Shown here: in pieces, positions 24,560 through 37,100 of the stretch
Layout of the letters: the number at the start of each line of letters is the position of its first letter
Numbering within the stretch: position 1 is the stretch's first letter
NCBI GenBank assembly: GCA_013239625.1
Contig: MU055785.1
Span: forward strand, 930,001 to 994,000
Source: Lama guanicoe
Lineage: Eukaryota
Direction: 5' to 3'
Length of the DNA: 64,000 bases
Notes under the pieces: generated by a model
Told to the model about the DNA's origin: nothing
Seen by the model: only the letters and a program-made list of their open reading frames with translations
Database searches by the model: none
Position numbers and translations under genes: made by a program

Positions 24560-25116
24560 TGCGGGAAAATGTGTTACAGCTCAGTGTTACATCAACCTGG
24601 ATCAGGGCGAGAGACCAAGCAGCACTCAGTTGGAGAACTCATATTTATTACACCAGCAGGCTCAGAAGAGTTAACACTTCAAGCTCTGGACCCCGTCCGT
24701 AGGTTTACACAGGCCTTTTACAGGCTGCCAGTTTTACACTTTGTAACATCATATGCAAATAAAGTACAACAGAAGTTGACCAACCAGGAACAAGCTTTGT
24801 AGAAATAGACCAATCAGGAGTGAGCTCCTTGCAAATGAAGTACTACAAATAGGCCAATCAGAAGTTAGGGAAGTGGACCAATCAGAAGTGAGAATAATAA
24901 CCAATCAGAAGTGAGAGTAATAACCAATCAGGAGTGAGAATAATAACCAATCAGGAGTGAGCTCAGGGAGCCAATAGAATTGTAGGTGTAAGTTAGCTGC
25001 TTTAGAGGCAAAAAGTGAGATAAAGCCTCTGGGCCAGGGAACCGGATGGTGCTAAGAGGAGAGCAGCAGCCCTGCCTAGGGGTCCTGCTGGTCTTTTTAT
25101 GGGGCTTCCTGCTTCA
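24560..25116 (-). mobile_element. Solo ERV LTR (557 bp) with tandem CCAAT array
   Basis: TG...CA ends; flanks ccact/ccacc; AATAAA on - at 24644-24649; TATA-like TGTAAAA on - near 24716-24722; U3-like tandem repeats. Confidence 0.75.
24810..24975 (+). repeat. Tandem 23-24 bp repeat (ACCAATCAGRAGTGAGAATAATA-like) inside the LTR
   Basis: CCAAT at 24810, 24854, 24878, 24901, 24924, 24947, 24971. Confidence 0.9.
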
Positions 25117-25379
25117 CCACCACCCTCTTTTGTGCAATATATATAAAATATGGGTTTACAAATGAACTATATACGTAGGGATCCCTAGGTCCCTCTGGCT
25201 GCTGAGTTGAGGATGGATTTTGGAGAGCAGCGTATTTGCAGAGAGGTGGTCCCCTTCTAGAAGGCGAGGTGAGAGCCTAGCGATGTTCTGTGTCTTGTGC
25301 TACCCTGTCCTGTGTGGTACATCTCCGAGCAGCACCGTGTGTGCAGGAAAGAGGCCAAAATCCTAGAAGTAACTTTTCC

Positions 25380-26270
25380 TATTTTATTTTTATTGTGGTA
25401 AAATACACACAGTGTAAAATTTACCATTTTAACCAGTCTCAAGTGCAGTTTAACAGATTCAGTATTCACATAGTTGTGCAACCCTCATCACCGTCCGTCT
25501 CCAGAACATTTTCTTCACCTCAGACTGAAACCCTGTCCCGTTTAAACACTGACTCCTCATCCCCGTCCCTGAGCCCTTGGCAGCTGCCAGCTGCTTTCTG
25601 TCTACGAATTTGGCTACTCCAGGTGTCCTGCAGAAGTAGAATCATACAGTAGTTGTCTTTTTGTGACTGGCTTATTTCACTTAGTTTAGTTTCCTAAAGG
25701 TTCATCTATGTTGTAGCACGTGTCAGAATTTGCTCCCTTTTTGAGGCTGAAGAGTATTGCTGTATGTATAGATATTTCGTTTATCCATCATCGATCGATG
25801 AGCACTTGGGTTGCCTCCCCCTTTTGGCTGCTGTGAATCGTGCCGCTATGAGCCTGGATGTACAAGTATCTGTTCGCGTCTCTGCTTTCACTTTTTTGTT
25901 TGGGTATAAACCCCGAGGTATGAGGAGGGAGGGTGCAGCTCAAGCAGTAGAGCGCATGCTTAGCATGCTCGAGGTCAGGTCCTGGGTTCAATCCCCGGCA
26001 CCTCCTCTAAAAATAAATATGTAAACTTAATTACCTGCCCCAACTCCCGCCAAAAACAAAACAAAACAAACAAAAAATAAACCCTGAGGTGCAGTTGCTA
26101 GGTCATATGGCAGTTCTGTGTATACGTTTTTGGAGAACAGTCCTCATTCCCTTGGGGCTGCACCATTTTACATTCCATCAGGGCACAAGGGTTCTGGTTT
26201 TTCACATCCTCATTAACATGTGTTGTTTTCTGTCTCTCTCTCTTTTTTTTTTTTATGATACTTATCCTGT
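25380..26270 (-). mobile_element. Older L1 (L1M-type) 3' fragment, interrupted by a SINE
   Basis: attgtggtaaaatacac...aaaatttaccatttt 3' end; ttgtgactggcttatttcactt motif. Confidence 0.75.
25920..26076 (+). mobile_element. tRNA-Ala-derived SINE (Vic-1-like) inserted into an L1
   Basis: tRNA head and (AAAAC)n tail; 14-bp TSD ataaacc(c/c)(c/t)gaggt at 25906-25919 and 26077-26090 (one mismatch). Confidence 0.88.
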
Positions 26271-26934
26271 TGGGTGGAGCCTAGAAGTAATTTTAACTCA
26301 GTAGACATTGACCCTTTTTACTTGCAGCCCTCAAACCTTGTGGACAGGATATGCCAGACACCTTCTGGCCCCTACCTGGGGAGCCTCTAAATTCCTAATT
26401 CCTCTGCCTCCCGTGTCTGTCGCTCACTCTGCTGGTCCTGTTCTGGTTGCCCTGCCTCCCTTCCCTTCTTCCAATGCAGTTTCCCAAGTGTCAGCTGCCA
26501 ATTTGATCTTTGTCCTGCTGCCCCTGGACTCGGGGGGGCTGTGATACTGAGATGGGAGGTTCAGTGTTGTACCCAGAGGAAGAACGTTGTCGGTACAGCC
26601 AGCATCATACAGAGGCACCACCTCATCTCCTACTTCTGACCTTACGTCTTACCCCTTCCCCTAAACCTCCACCATCTTCAGGAGCAAACACTACACCAGG
26701 CAGCGTGGGGCCGCGGAACGGGCCAGGATTGCTGCAGACCTGGGGTTAAATCCCAGCTGTGCAAAATCAGAGCTTTTGCTCCTTTTAAAACCAGCAAGCG
26801 GACAATGTCAGCCAGCTCTCTGAGACTGACAATCTACTGGGGAAGCAGAACCCTGCTGGAGTCCATCTCTACGCCTTCCTCCTCGCAGGTAAGCTACTCT
26901 GTCTCAGCCTGTTTCCTTCTCTGTGAAATGGGGA

Positions 26935-27349
26935 TGTGTTTGTTTTTTTGTGGCTCCTGTAATAATGAGCACAAACTCAATGGCTTTAAGACAACACAGG
27001 TTTATTCTCTTACAGTTCAGGAGGTCAGAAGTCTGAAATAGGTCTCACTGGGCTAAAACCAGGATGCTGGCAGGGCTTCAGATTTTCTGGAAAGTCTAAG
27101 GGAGAATCCATTTTCTTGTTTTTAGAGGCCACATTCCGTCTTCAGAGCTGACACCAACCTCCCTCTTTCCTTATCAGGAGGCTGTGATGACATTGGGCCC
27201 ACCTGGCTCATCCAGGATGCTCTCCTGGTCTTAAGGGGAGCTGATTAGCAACATTAATTCCTTAATTACTGTTGCCAGGTAACATAAAGTCACAGGTGCT
27301 GGGGATTAGGACATGGCTGCCTTCGGGGGCCATTATTCTGCCCACCACA
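26935..27349 (-). mobile_element. MaLR (MLT1-like) LTR
   Basis: Recognisable MLT1 motifs (tttattctcttacagttcaggaggtcagaagtctgaaat; ggccattattctgcccaccaca). Confidence 0.7.
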
Positions 27350-28994
27350 GGGGCTGACAGCTTTACCCCATGGGGAGTAGGGAGAAGAAATAAGATATAC
27401 TGTGTCGTGGTGCACGGAGCATGTGGACTAAGCCCCCTGTACTCATTGGCTGGTTTTGCTTGTTTTGTTGTTAGACTTTGGGTGATTTCTCCCGGAGGCA
27501 GGAGAAAACCTGCATGATCACGATCTGAGAGCTCAGTGTTCTCATCTGGTAAATGGGCCCATCCCCCTGGCTGGGTGGGCGGTTGTGCTGTTTCAGGGAG
27601 AGGCTGCTGGGTGAGCGTTTAACTCCGTGATGCACATGGCAGGTGCTCAAAGTGGCAAGGAGAATTTTTCTCCCGTTACTTGGCTAACTGCAGAGAGACC
27701 GTCAAGGAAGCCTGATTGCTCTGGTCTCTCTCCCATGCTTTCTTCTGGTGTCGGCGTGGTCCCTGCACCGGTGGGGCTCTGGCTGTGGCCAGGGCTTTTA
27801 CCCAGAGCCTGTGACCTTGGCATTTTGGCCTGACTCTGTGTGTACCTGGTCCTACTTGCCTGTGGTCAGGAATGGATGTCAGACTCCAGAAAGAGAACCC
27901 CAGCCCTCTCCATGTGGTGACGCTGCGTCCTGAGGCGCCGCCCTCCCTGCTTAGCACCCCAGCTCTCAGCGTCTACAGAGCCCCCGGGTGATGCTCATCG
28001 GCTGTGACCAACATGGCCTGGGTCACTTGCCCCCTCAACCCCAACCAGTCACTGGGGGTGCCTGGGGGTTCTGATGCGCTCATTGGCCAGGCCTGAGTCA
28101 CAGGGTCACCTGGAGCCAAGCTGAGGAAGAGGGGTGCTGAGGAGAGAAAGGCAGCCCAGGGCCGCTGCAGGCACCCCCTCCCTGCCACCTGCCTGTTCTC
28201 CTCTAGTTGGGGCCACGTCCAGCACTTCCTGATACCACCCCCAGCCCTATCAGCCCCGGCCCTCCTTACTTGCTAAGCGTCGCATGTGTGTGTCTGGTCT
28301 CCCCAGTGAGGCTGCAAGCTCCTTCCTGGGTGGGCTTAAGAGTTTGACAGACTCCTCATTAATACACCCTTTTGCTATTATCTTGGGTGGCAAGTCGCCT
28401 CCTTTAGTCCTTTGAGCCTCAGTTTCTCCATCTGTAAAATGGGTGTAATAACTACTAAGCCACGCGTCTTAGGGTTGTAATGAGGATTGAAGGAGCTAAT
28501 TTACACTTGTGAGTCGCAGGGCCTGGTGCTGAAAAGGGTGCACCTCCTCCCACCTTGCTACCTGCTCTGACCCAGGCAAGCACCAAAGGGCAGCTCCAAG
28601 GAGCATCGCTGAGCTCGGGCTCTGGAGCCTGGCACACACGGACTCGGTCCTGCCTTTCCCCTGGACCCCAGGTCCTGCCCCACCTCTCTGAGCCTACGCC
28701 TTCTGAGCAATAAGCGGGGTTCACATCCCTACCTGAGCAAATGCCCATCCAGAGCCTGGCACCGAGGGACAGTGACAGGCGGTCATGCTTATTTTGCTGA
28801 TAGTGACAAAGTCCTCCCCAGTGTCTGGCACAATGGGAACCTGGCATCAGAAGACCTGGCTTCAGGGTCGCCTCTCTGGGCCTCGGTTTCCCCATCTGTA
28901 AATGGGGTCTCTGCTGTGAGGGGTGCGTGGGTGGCACTGTCGTCCTTTAGCTCCATTCACCCCACCCTCTGAGCCACAGAGCTGCCGTTCGGCC

Positions 28995-29000
28995 TTTATT
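28995..29000 (-). terminator. FOXN4 polyadenylation signal (AATAAA on -), implying a 3'UTR of about 1.6 kb
   Basis: tttatt on +, lying at the boundary between unique sequence and a repeat-rich tract. Confidence 0.6.
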
Positions 29001-30592
29001 GACAGAAGACAGTCCTCCCACACTACGTTACATGGTCTCGGCGTCACCCCAACGCTGGTCTTCACGAACAATGACCCAAATATCTCAGCCTCCCGGGGGT
29101 CACATCACACAAGGCATCTGAGCAGTGCTGGTTGGATGGGCAGCACTGGGCTGTGTGTCACAATGGTGATGCTCGGCAGAAAGTTCCAGAGTTAGGAAGA
29201 AATTCAAGATGGTCCTTCAAGACAGGCCTGAATGCCAAAACTCGCAGGTGGCTGGCTGCCCTGTTGATTAATCAGAAAATCCTGGCTCTGGGTTTGGGCG
29301 CCCGCAGGCGTAGGAACCAGACATCCAGTTGGTCAGGAGAGGACAATGGTATATAAGCCACCGCTGTAGTTTTCTGTCTCAACTTAGCTGGACGGTCCCT
29401 AGTTAATGCCTCTTTTCCCAGCCCGCTCACCGAGGTCCCCACTAACCCGACTGTCTGCAGAACCCGCCACTTGGAAAGTCAGTCACTGGCAACTAATGGG
29501 GGAAAAGACATAAGCAAGGTCATGGGGCAATGAGACAGGCCACCAGGTGCCCATTAATACTCTGCATCGCGGCTTCCTCAGCCCGAGCTCACTGCGTGGC
29601 TCAAGTGTTACCTGGTTCACAGTTGACTTTCTTACCATCGGGAGTGTCTTAAAGTCTAGAACAACCCTTCCCCCCCCCTCCATTCCCACCCTGATTTGAA
29701 GCCCCCAGAACTCAAAACTCTGGTGCCTCTCCTCTTAGGGGCACATGGCAAGAGATTCGAATCATGGCTGAACAGTTACAAAAATACTTGGTCTCTAATT
29801 GTTGAAAAATCGGATATTTCCCAGTATCAACAGTGCTTGTTTGCTCTAGAAACCAGCCCCAAGCTGCAAAGGGCTGAGCAGCTAGTTGGAGACGTGACTG
29901 ATGGATAATTTGGGGCGTTAGGATTGCCGGGATCCGGGAGGGACCACGGCATCTCGTTCCAGGGGCCACGGGCTGGGTTGGAAGAGGTGGTGTGGGTGGG
30001 ATCCAATAAATATAAATAAAAGTATACAGAGTCACTGTGCCCGGCGTGGCCCAGGGACTTGCTCTAGGAAACCCTAGCAGACTACGGGAGAAGGGGGCCT
30101 GGAGGCCGGCGGGGCGGGTGCCCGTTTCAGAGGTCAACCTGCTCTGGTCTAAGAGAATTTTGACAGTCAGCCAGCCCCACTCCCCAGCCTCAGGGCCTGT
30201 CTGCTGGTGGCTGAGACAGGTGTTTCATCCCATAAGAATAAATTACAGGCCTTCCCGCTGGGCGTTTCTGTGGTGCACCAGTGTGTCCCAAAGTGGGCTG
30301 CAGGTGGTCTCAGGAGCCAGCAGGGAAGCAAGCTAGAGCAAACCTGTTCTCAGCATGACCAGCCCTCAGAGGAGTGTCAGGGAGATGGGGGAGGCCAGGA
30401 TGCTTGTCCACTCTCCTCTGTCCTTCTGACTTGGAGAGGCTCCAGAAGCTTCCCGGGGAGGTGAGGTTCAGCCAGCAGCCTCACCAAACATCCAGAGGCC
30501 TGTGGAAGGGTGAGAGGCCTTTCTTCCAGGAGCACCTGGCTTAGTGAGCGTCCTTCTGGGGCCCAGGTCCTGGGGCAGGTGAGGCCGTCAGC

Positions 30593-30852
30593 TCAAAGCA
30601 GGGCTATGGGCTTGTTCCCCGGGGTGCCCAGGTACTGAGAGGAGGAGGTGGCGGCTGACGCGGCCATGCTGTCCGGGGTCGAGTACGCGGCGTAGAGACC
30701 GGTCACTTGCAGGTCTGGGAAGGACTGGTCGCTGCCTCCGGAGACAGGGGTCAGGCCCGAGGGCCCCAGCTCACAGCCAAGTGGGGAGTCTCCGAAGGCC
30801 CCCAGCGTGTCCAGGCTGAAGCCCTCATCCTTCATCTCCTCCCAGAGGTTCC
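30593..30852 (-). CDS. FOXN4: FOXN4 terminal coding exon ([10 protein letters not shown]...KPIALL*)
   Basis: aag|GG, TGA at 30595-30593. Confidence 0.94.
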
Positions 30853-33800
30853 CTTTCAAAGACAAGAGCATGTGGGTGAGCTGGCTTCATGTCAGACAGA
30901 CCCGAGTTCGAATCTTGTCTTAAGAGGCAAAGACCAAGTGTGGGCTTAAAGTCATGTGTTTCAGGGCCACATGGAGGAGCCAGAGTGCCAGCCCTGTCCC
31001 TTCCCTCCCCACTGGGTGTCCCCGGGAAAGTCACTTCCGTCTCGGAACCTCAGGCTGCTGGGAATGAAATCAGGTAATCAGAGACTCCACCTCCTTGGAC
31101 CAGAGGCTTAAACAAGGGGATGTGTGGGAAGCACTTAGCCCCCGTTAAGCGGTATCATCACGGTCAAAGCCAAGGTTTCCTCGGCATGTTTTATTTGCAC
31201 AATAATCCAGGGGGAGAGGCAGGGTGGTTCAGACATACCCATATCATAACTAACTTACTGACTTGCTCACTAGCTGACCTGCTAACTTGTCCTTTTCCCT
31301 CACTAGTCATGGAACTCCTTGAAGGCAGACGATTTCTCGGCCGTTGGCCGGCACATAGTAGGTGCACAGGTGTGGGGGAATGGATGGGCCCTGAGCCTTC
31401 ACTGAAGGCTAACTTCCCTTGTCCATTCATTCATCCATCCATTCATTCATTCATTCCCCGTGTAGTGAGAATGACCACGTGGCAGGCAGTGGGTCAGAGT
31501 GTGACCTGGCATGAGGTTGGCCTGTGCCAGTTGAGGCAGTTACTAGTTGAAAGACTGAGGTCAGAGAGACCTGGGTTGAAATCTCGGCTCTGCCACTTAC
31601 TAGCCGGGCAGCCTCAGGCCAGTGACTTCTCTTTGCGTCGGTTTCCTCATTGGCAGAATGGGGACAGGAAATGGTAGTGACCTCCCGGGACTGTTGCCAG
31701 CTGAGATGGGCTGATGCCTCTGAAGTGCTTGGCACAAGGCCTTGCATACAGACAGCGCTCATTAAATGCTTGCTGTAATTCGCTGTGATTAGGTCGTTGG
31801 GAAGTGTTCGTTGAAGGAACGAACTGTGGGGTAAATGCAGGCAGTCCCCCTCTTCCTTGTCCTCCTCGATCTTTCTTGCCCCCCCCAGTCTACCTGTACC
31901 CCTCTGTTCCCATCAGCCCCTCCTCCAGCCTCACCCTGCAGAGCGAAGTCCATGATGCTGGGGTCCAGGGCGTCCACCTCAGTGTTCATGTCAGTGCTGA
32001 TGTTGAGGAAGTCCACTGGAGCCCTTCCCATGGCGGGGTTGGGGAGGGGGCTGGGGCTCAGGTCCGGCAGGGCATGCAGGGGTGGGGTCTGGGCCGGGGC
32101 GGGAGAGTCTGGGGCAAGATGTGCCTGGGGCTGGACCTGGTGGTGCAGGGGGACTGATTGCAGGGACAAGGTCATCAGTGGCTGGGGTGGGAGCTGGGAG
32201 ACGGCCAGACAGCTGTGGGCCATGGCCACCGTGGTGGCGTGGGTCAGCACGGGGGCCTCAGGCTCCCCTGGCTTGCCGGAGCGTCGGCAGCTTTCTGGCC
32301 GGTCCGAGATCAGCTTGTCCAGCTCCTCTGCAGGCAAATGGGAGAGGTCACTCAGCAGAAGCCACCCTACAGTTCCTGGCCTGGATTCAAATCCCAGTGT
32401 TACCACCTGTGTGATTTTAGCAGCCCTCTTGGACTCTCTGAACCTCAGTCTCTTCATCTCCGAGATGGCACACACACTTTACATAAGGTTGTGGAAATGT
32501 AATGAAATCACAAATGATGTAGGGACTTTAAGGAATGAGAGGAGCCTCAGAAGACACTGGCTCCTCTCATTGGGACAGCACCTCATAGGACAATCCTGTG
32601 ACCTAGAACTTTACTTAAACCTCATAACAGCCCTACAAGAGGGAGATAAGGCAGAGATTACAAATTCCACCAGCCTGGGACAAAAGTTATTAACACACAT
32701 GGGGCCCTCGCCACTCCCTGCTACTAAAGAGACATGAAGAAGCATCACTGGATTAGAAATTGGATCCTCCTTCATGCTCTTGGATATAAACAAGACTGAA
32801 ATTACTCTTAAATTATTTTTGATGGTTGGCTTGTATCTCATGGACTGTAACACAGATTTGAGACTGGACCACTAGGCTCCCAGGATCTATTTGGGTTGCA
32901 CCCATTTTAGAAGCAAGGATACTTAGAATCTAGAAGGTGAAACTGCCTGCCCAGGATCTAAGTATGTGTCAGGATGGGCCCTGGGTCTCAAGTCGAACCC
33001 CAGAGCTTTCCATGGGGTGGGCATCATGCTGTACCCCCTCAGCGGAGGGCCTCCCTGGATCCTGCTACGTTCCTTCTCTCTCTCATTGAATTGTTCCGCA
33101 GACCCAAACCTCAAGCACCCAGATAGCCATAGGGCCAGGCCAAATATCCCTAAGGCTGGGTGGGATCAGCCTTCCATGCCCCTCTCTCCATTCATGTGTC
33201 ACTTGTCTGTCCTCTGCTTCACATCTCTTAATTGAAAAAAAAAAGGTGCAGCATTTTATTCTAATATAAAAGTAATTCATGAACAGGGTAGAAAATTTGG
33301 AATGTAGAGGTCATGTGAAGAATATGAACATTATCAGCGGTCTCCATTCACAGTAAAGATTTGTTTCTTCTAGTCTGTGTGTGTGCATGTGTGTATATGT
33401 GCAAGTGTGTGTGTATATATTTATAGATTTATACGTGTGTGTATATGTGTATGTATATATACATACACACACTATACATAGAGATGAGTGTGGATATAAA
33501 TGCATCTTAAAATGTGATCATGCTGTGTGTGTAGATGCATAAGCTGCCTTTTTCCACTTATTGTATTGGGATCATTTCTTTATGCTCCAAAAATAGTTTA
33601 TCTCTAATGCTTGCACGGTATAACATTTATATCTATTTAAATAATCCCCTAGGTTGCTTTCAATTTTTTGCTATTCAAAATAACTTCATGATGGATAACT
33701 TTGTTCATACACCTTTTGCTCCAATCTTTGATGTCTTCTGCATAAACGGCCAGAAGTAGAGTAAGTGGACCAAACTGGGGGACCAAGTTTGCAGGATTTT

Positions 33801-34111
33801 GATAGATTCCTTTGCCCTGGAGAAGTTTCACCGCTGATGTTCCCACCCATTGTGCAGGATGATGCCTATTTCTCCACATCCTAGCCCACACTGGGTGTTA
33901 TTGTTTTATTATTTTTGGAATCTGCACCAACATGGTCAGGCTTTCCCATGGTGGTTTCGTTCGGAATTTCTAGGGAAGAAACCAGGATTGTTAGTGAGAT
34001 TCAATAGCTTTCCGTATGTTTCTGACCAGACCCTTCAACTGACTGGGAAGGGGAGGGGAGGAGAGGTGTATTTCACAGTGGGAAAGGGGGACGGTCACCA
34101 GGCAGAGCTGG

Positions 34112-34148
<37 letters not shown>

Positions 34149-37100
34149 GGGGCGCCCGGGCCTCACCGGGGTTGGCCATGCTCCGGTGGATGGCGGCCAG
34201 GTCCTTCCTCTTCCATTTGTACATCTCCTCCTCCATCTTGTCGATGCGGGCCAGGTTCAGGGCCCACAGGCAGCCCTTGCGCGAGGAGCCACCTGTCTTG
34301 TTCTCCACCTTCTCGAAGCACTTGTTCAGGGACAGATTGTGCCGCACTGAGTTCTTCCAGCCGTCGGGCGCCGTCTATGGGGAGAAATGGGCACGTGGGG
34401 GACCCCCTGCAGGGATGTCCCTCTAAACCTTCTCCCTCCCGGGGGATCTCAGCCTCAGGCCTGGAGGGGCAGGGGGAGAATGTCAGTGTCCAACACTCAA
34501 CCTCGAGCTGGGAAGACAAGAGAGAGTGGTGGGGATTGTGGCACGTGGAGGGTGGCGAGGAGGGGAGTGCACCCTGATTAAAGGGGCCGCCACACTCAGC
34601 TCTAGGCAATGGTTACCACACAAGGACCAGGCCCAGGGCTGCTGGATCTCTCACCCTCTCTCCTACTCAGGAAGCAAGCAAATGGTGATACTTGGATACT
34701 GGGTAACTGGTCGAGTATATTAAATGCTGATCATTTTTTCCTTGTTGATACAATTTTCTGTTTTTTTTTTTTTAAGTATAGTTGATTTACAATGTGTTAG
34801 TTTCTGGTGTACAGCACAGTGACTCAGTTCATATATATATATACACATACACACATATACATATATACATATGTATACATATATGTATACATATATATAT
34901 ACTTTTTCAGATTATTTTCCATTATAGTTTATTACAGGATATTGAACATAGTTCCCTGTGCTATACAGTAGGACTTTGTTGTTTATCTATTTTATATAGA
35001 GTAGTTTGTATCTGCTAATTCCGAACTCCTAATTTATCCCTCCCCCCTCCCTTTCGCCTTTGGTAACTAGATATATTTCCTATGTCTGTGAGTCTGTTTC
35101 TGTTTTGTAAATAAGTTCATTTGTATTATTTTTTAGATTCCACATAAAAGTGGTATCGTATGATATTTGTCTTCCTCTGTCTGACTTACTTCACTCAGTA
35201 TGATAATCTCTAGGTCCTTCCATGTTGCTGCAGATATAAAAACCAATCATTTTTAAATGCTCAGACTTTGTTGTTAGGTAACCAGATACTGCCGCGCATC
35301 TCATGCCCTATTCATTTCATTCTGTCTCTCTCAGACACACACACACACACCACTGTGCTGCAACATTTCTGCTAAGGACACTGTCCAGGCCAGGGACCCC
35401 CGTACAGCTTGGTACTCTGTGATCACCGTCGCCTTTTTCCTCTTTGATGCCAACAAGGATAACATTACTAATGGCCAACCAGGTGCCAGGAGCTGCCAGC
35501 GCCTTTACATGTGGATCCTCACTAACCTTGCCAGCTGGCTGGGCATTCTCCCCATCTTACAGAGAAGGAAGCTGAGGCTCAGAGCGGTGAAGGTTCTTGC
35601 CGGGTCTGTTTTGCATCATTATATTTTACTGAGTCTGTGCTGAATAACTAGGTTGGCCCTCTGTCCTTTGCCCCCTGAGATACTTGGTGAACTCCTCTTC
35701 ATCCGTCAGAGCCCAGCTCAAATGTCCCCTTTGTTTCTGGATTTCTTGGCCCATGTCTGTGTGAGTGCACATTGCAGGTGTCTATGGAGGACTGAAAGGG
35801 TGGCCCAGTTTGGCCCAGGGCCAGCCCTGGGTTCTGGCAGTGCCAGGGAGAGTTCGGGGCAGCTCCGGCACCCCTACCCTGGCTGGGACCCCTCACCTTG
35901 AAGTAGGGGAAGTGCTCCTTCATGAAGCTGTAGATCTCACTCACGGGCAGGCTGCCTGTCTTGCTGTTCTTTAGGGCCATGGCGATCAGGCAGCTGGAGG
36001 CAAAAGGCAGGGTGGGGCAGGCCAGGTGTGAAGGCATCTCAGGCTGACAGCCCAAGATCCTCTCTGCCGGGAATTCTGCCCTGCTGAACCCCACCGGTAC
36101 TAACCCCTACATACTCATAGTGTTAGCCCTCAATACCTTTTCCTGTCCTCCGTCTTTCCCACCCTCTGCCCTTCTCCTCAGTCCTGAGTGCAGCCATAGG
36201 TACTGATTTGAGAAACCTTGTCTTTTCCTCTTTTAATCCTTCCCATCATCAGTGTCTGTAGGCCTTAAGATTTTAACAAGATTTCTTACCCGCCTCCCCT
36301 TATGAAGTGCAAATACTATTATTCTGATGACTTTTTACATCAAAGGGAACTGAAACTCAAAGAGGCCAAGCCACTTCCCCAAGGCCACACAGCGTGTGAG
36401 TGACAGAGTGGAGCGCCAGGCTCAGTGTCTGGAGTGGGTTCTCAACCCTGGGTGTTGACAGACCACGTGATGGTTTTTCTTAAAAATGGGTCCCTCTGGG
36501 GGTTCCCCACTCCCCAAAAGCCTGGGCCGCCACACCCCGCTGTCTGGTGCCCTCACACCTCTCCTCCCCCAGCCCCCCACAGTCCTGGCCCCCCTGGACC
36601 TCACCTGTATGAATAGATGGGCTTGGGGTAGTGTTTGGGGTGCAGTTCCTGAGATGAATGAACAGCCATGCGGGGCTGGGGGTACGGAGGCCGTGCACCA
36701 AACGGGGAGCCGTACAGGCCCATGGGAGCGCACTTCTCATAGGCAGGGACGGGGAGGGTGGCAGAAGAGATAGAGATAGTGAGAGAGAGCAGAAGTCACT
36801 CACAGTGACCGCACCCCCACCCAGTCTCGAAAAGCGAGATGCAGGGTTTACACCCCAGCAGACAACCTTGTCTCTGCCCACTGCAGGGTTCTCGGCGGAA
36901 GCGAATGAACAACAAAACCCCATGACATGGGCCTACTGGAGAATGCTATTCCCGTGTTCCGGGTGGGTAAACTGAGACTCAGAGCGGTCCTAGGCCAGCC
37001 CAAACCAGGAGGGTCTGCCTTTGATTCCAGGGCCCCTCCAAGCCCCTGGTACCTGCTGGACACCCGGGTGTAGCGGGAACGGTGATTGGGAGGTGGGAGA

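Noticed and set aside
24810-24975. Short regularly spaced repeats superficially like a CRISPR array
   Set aside because: No unique spacers, eukaryotic context, and it lies within an LTR; a simple tandem repeat
31835-32737. 300-aa plus-strand ORF
   Set aside because: Antisense shadow of the GC-rich FOXN4 exon 31935-32327 extended through a MIR; no recognisable domain
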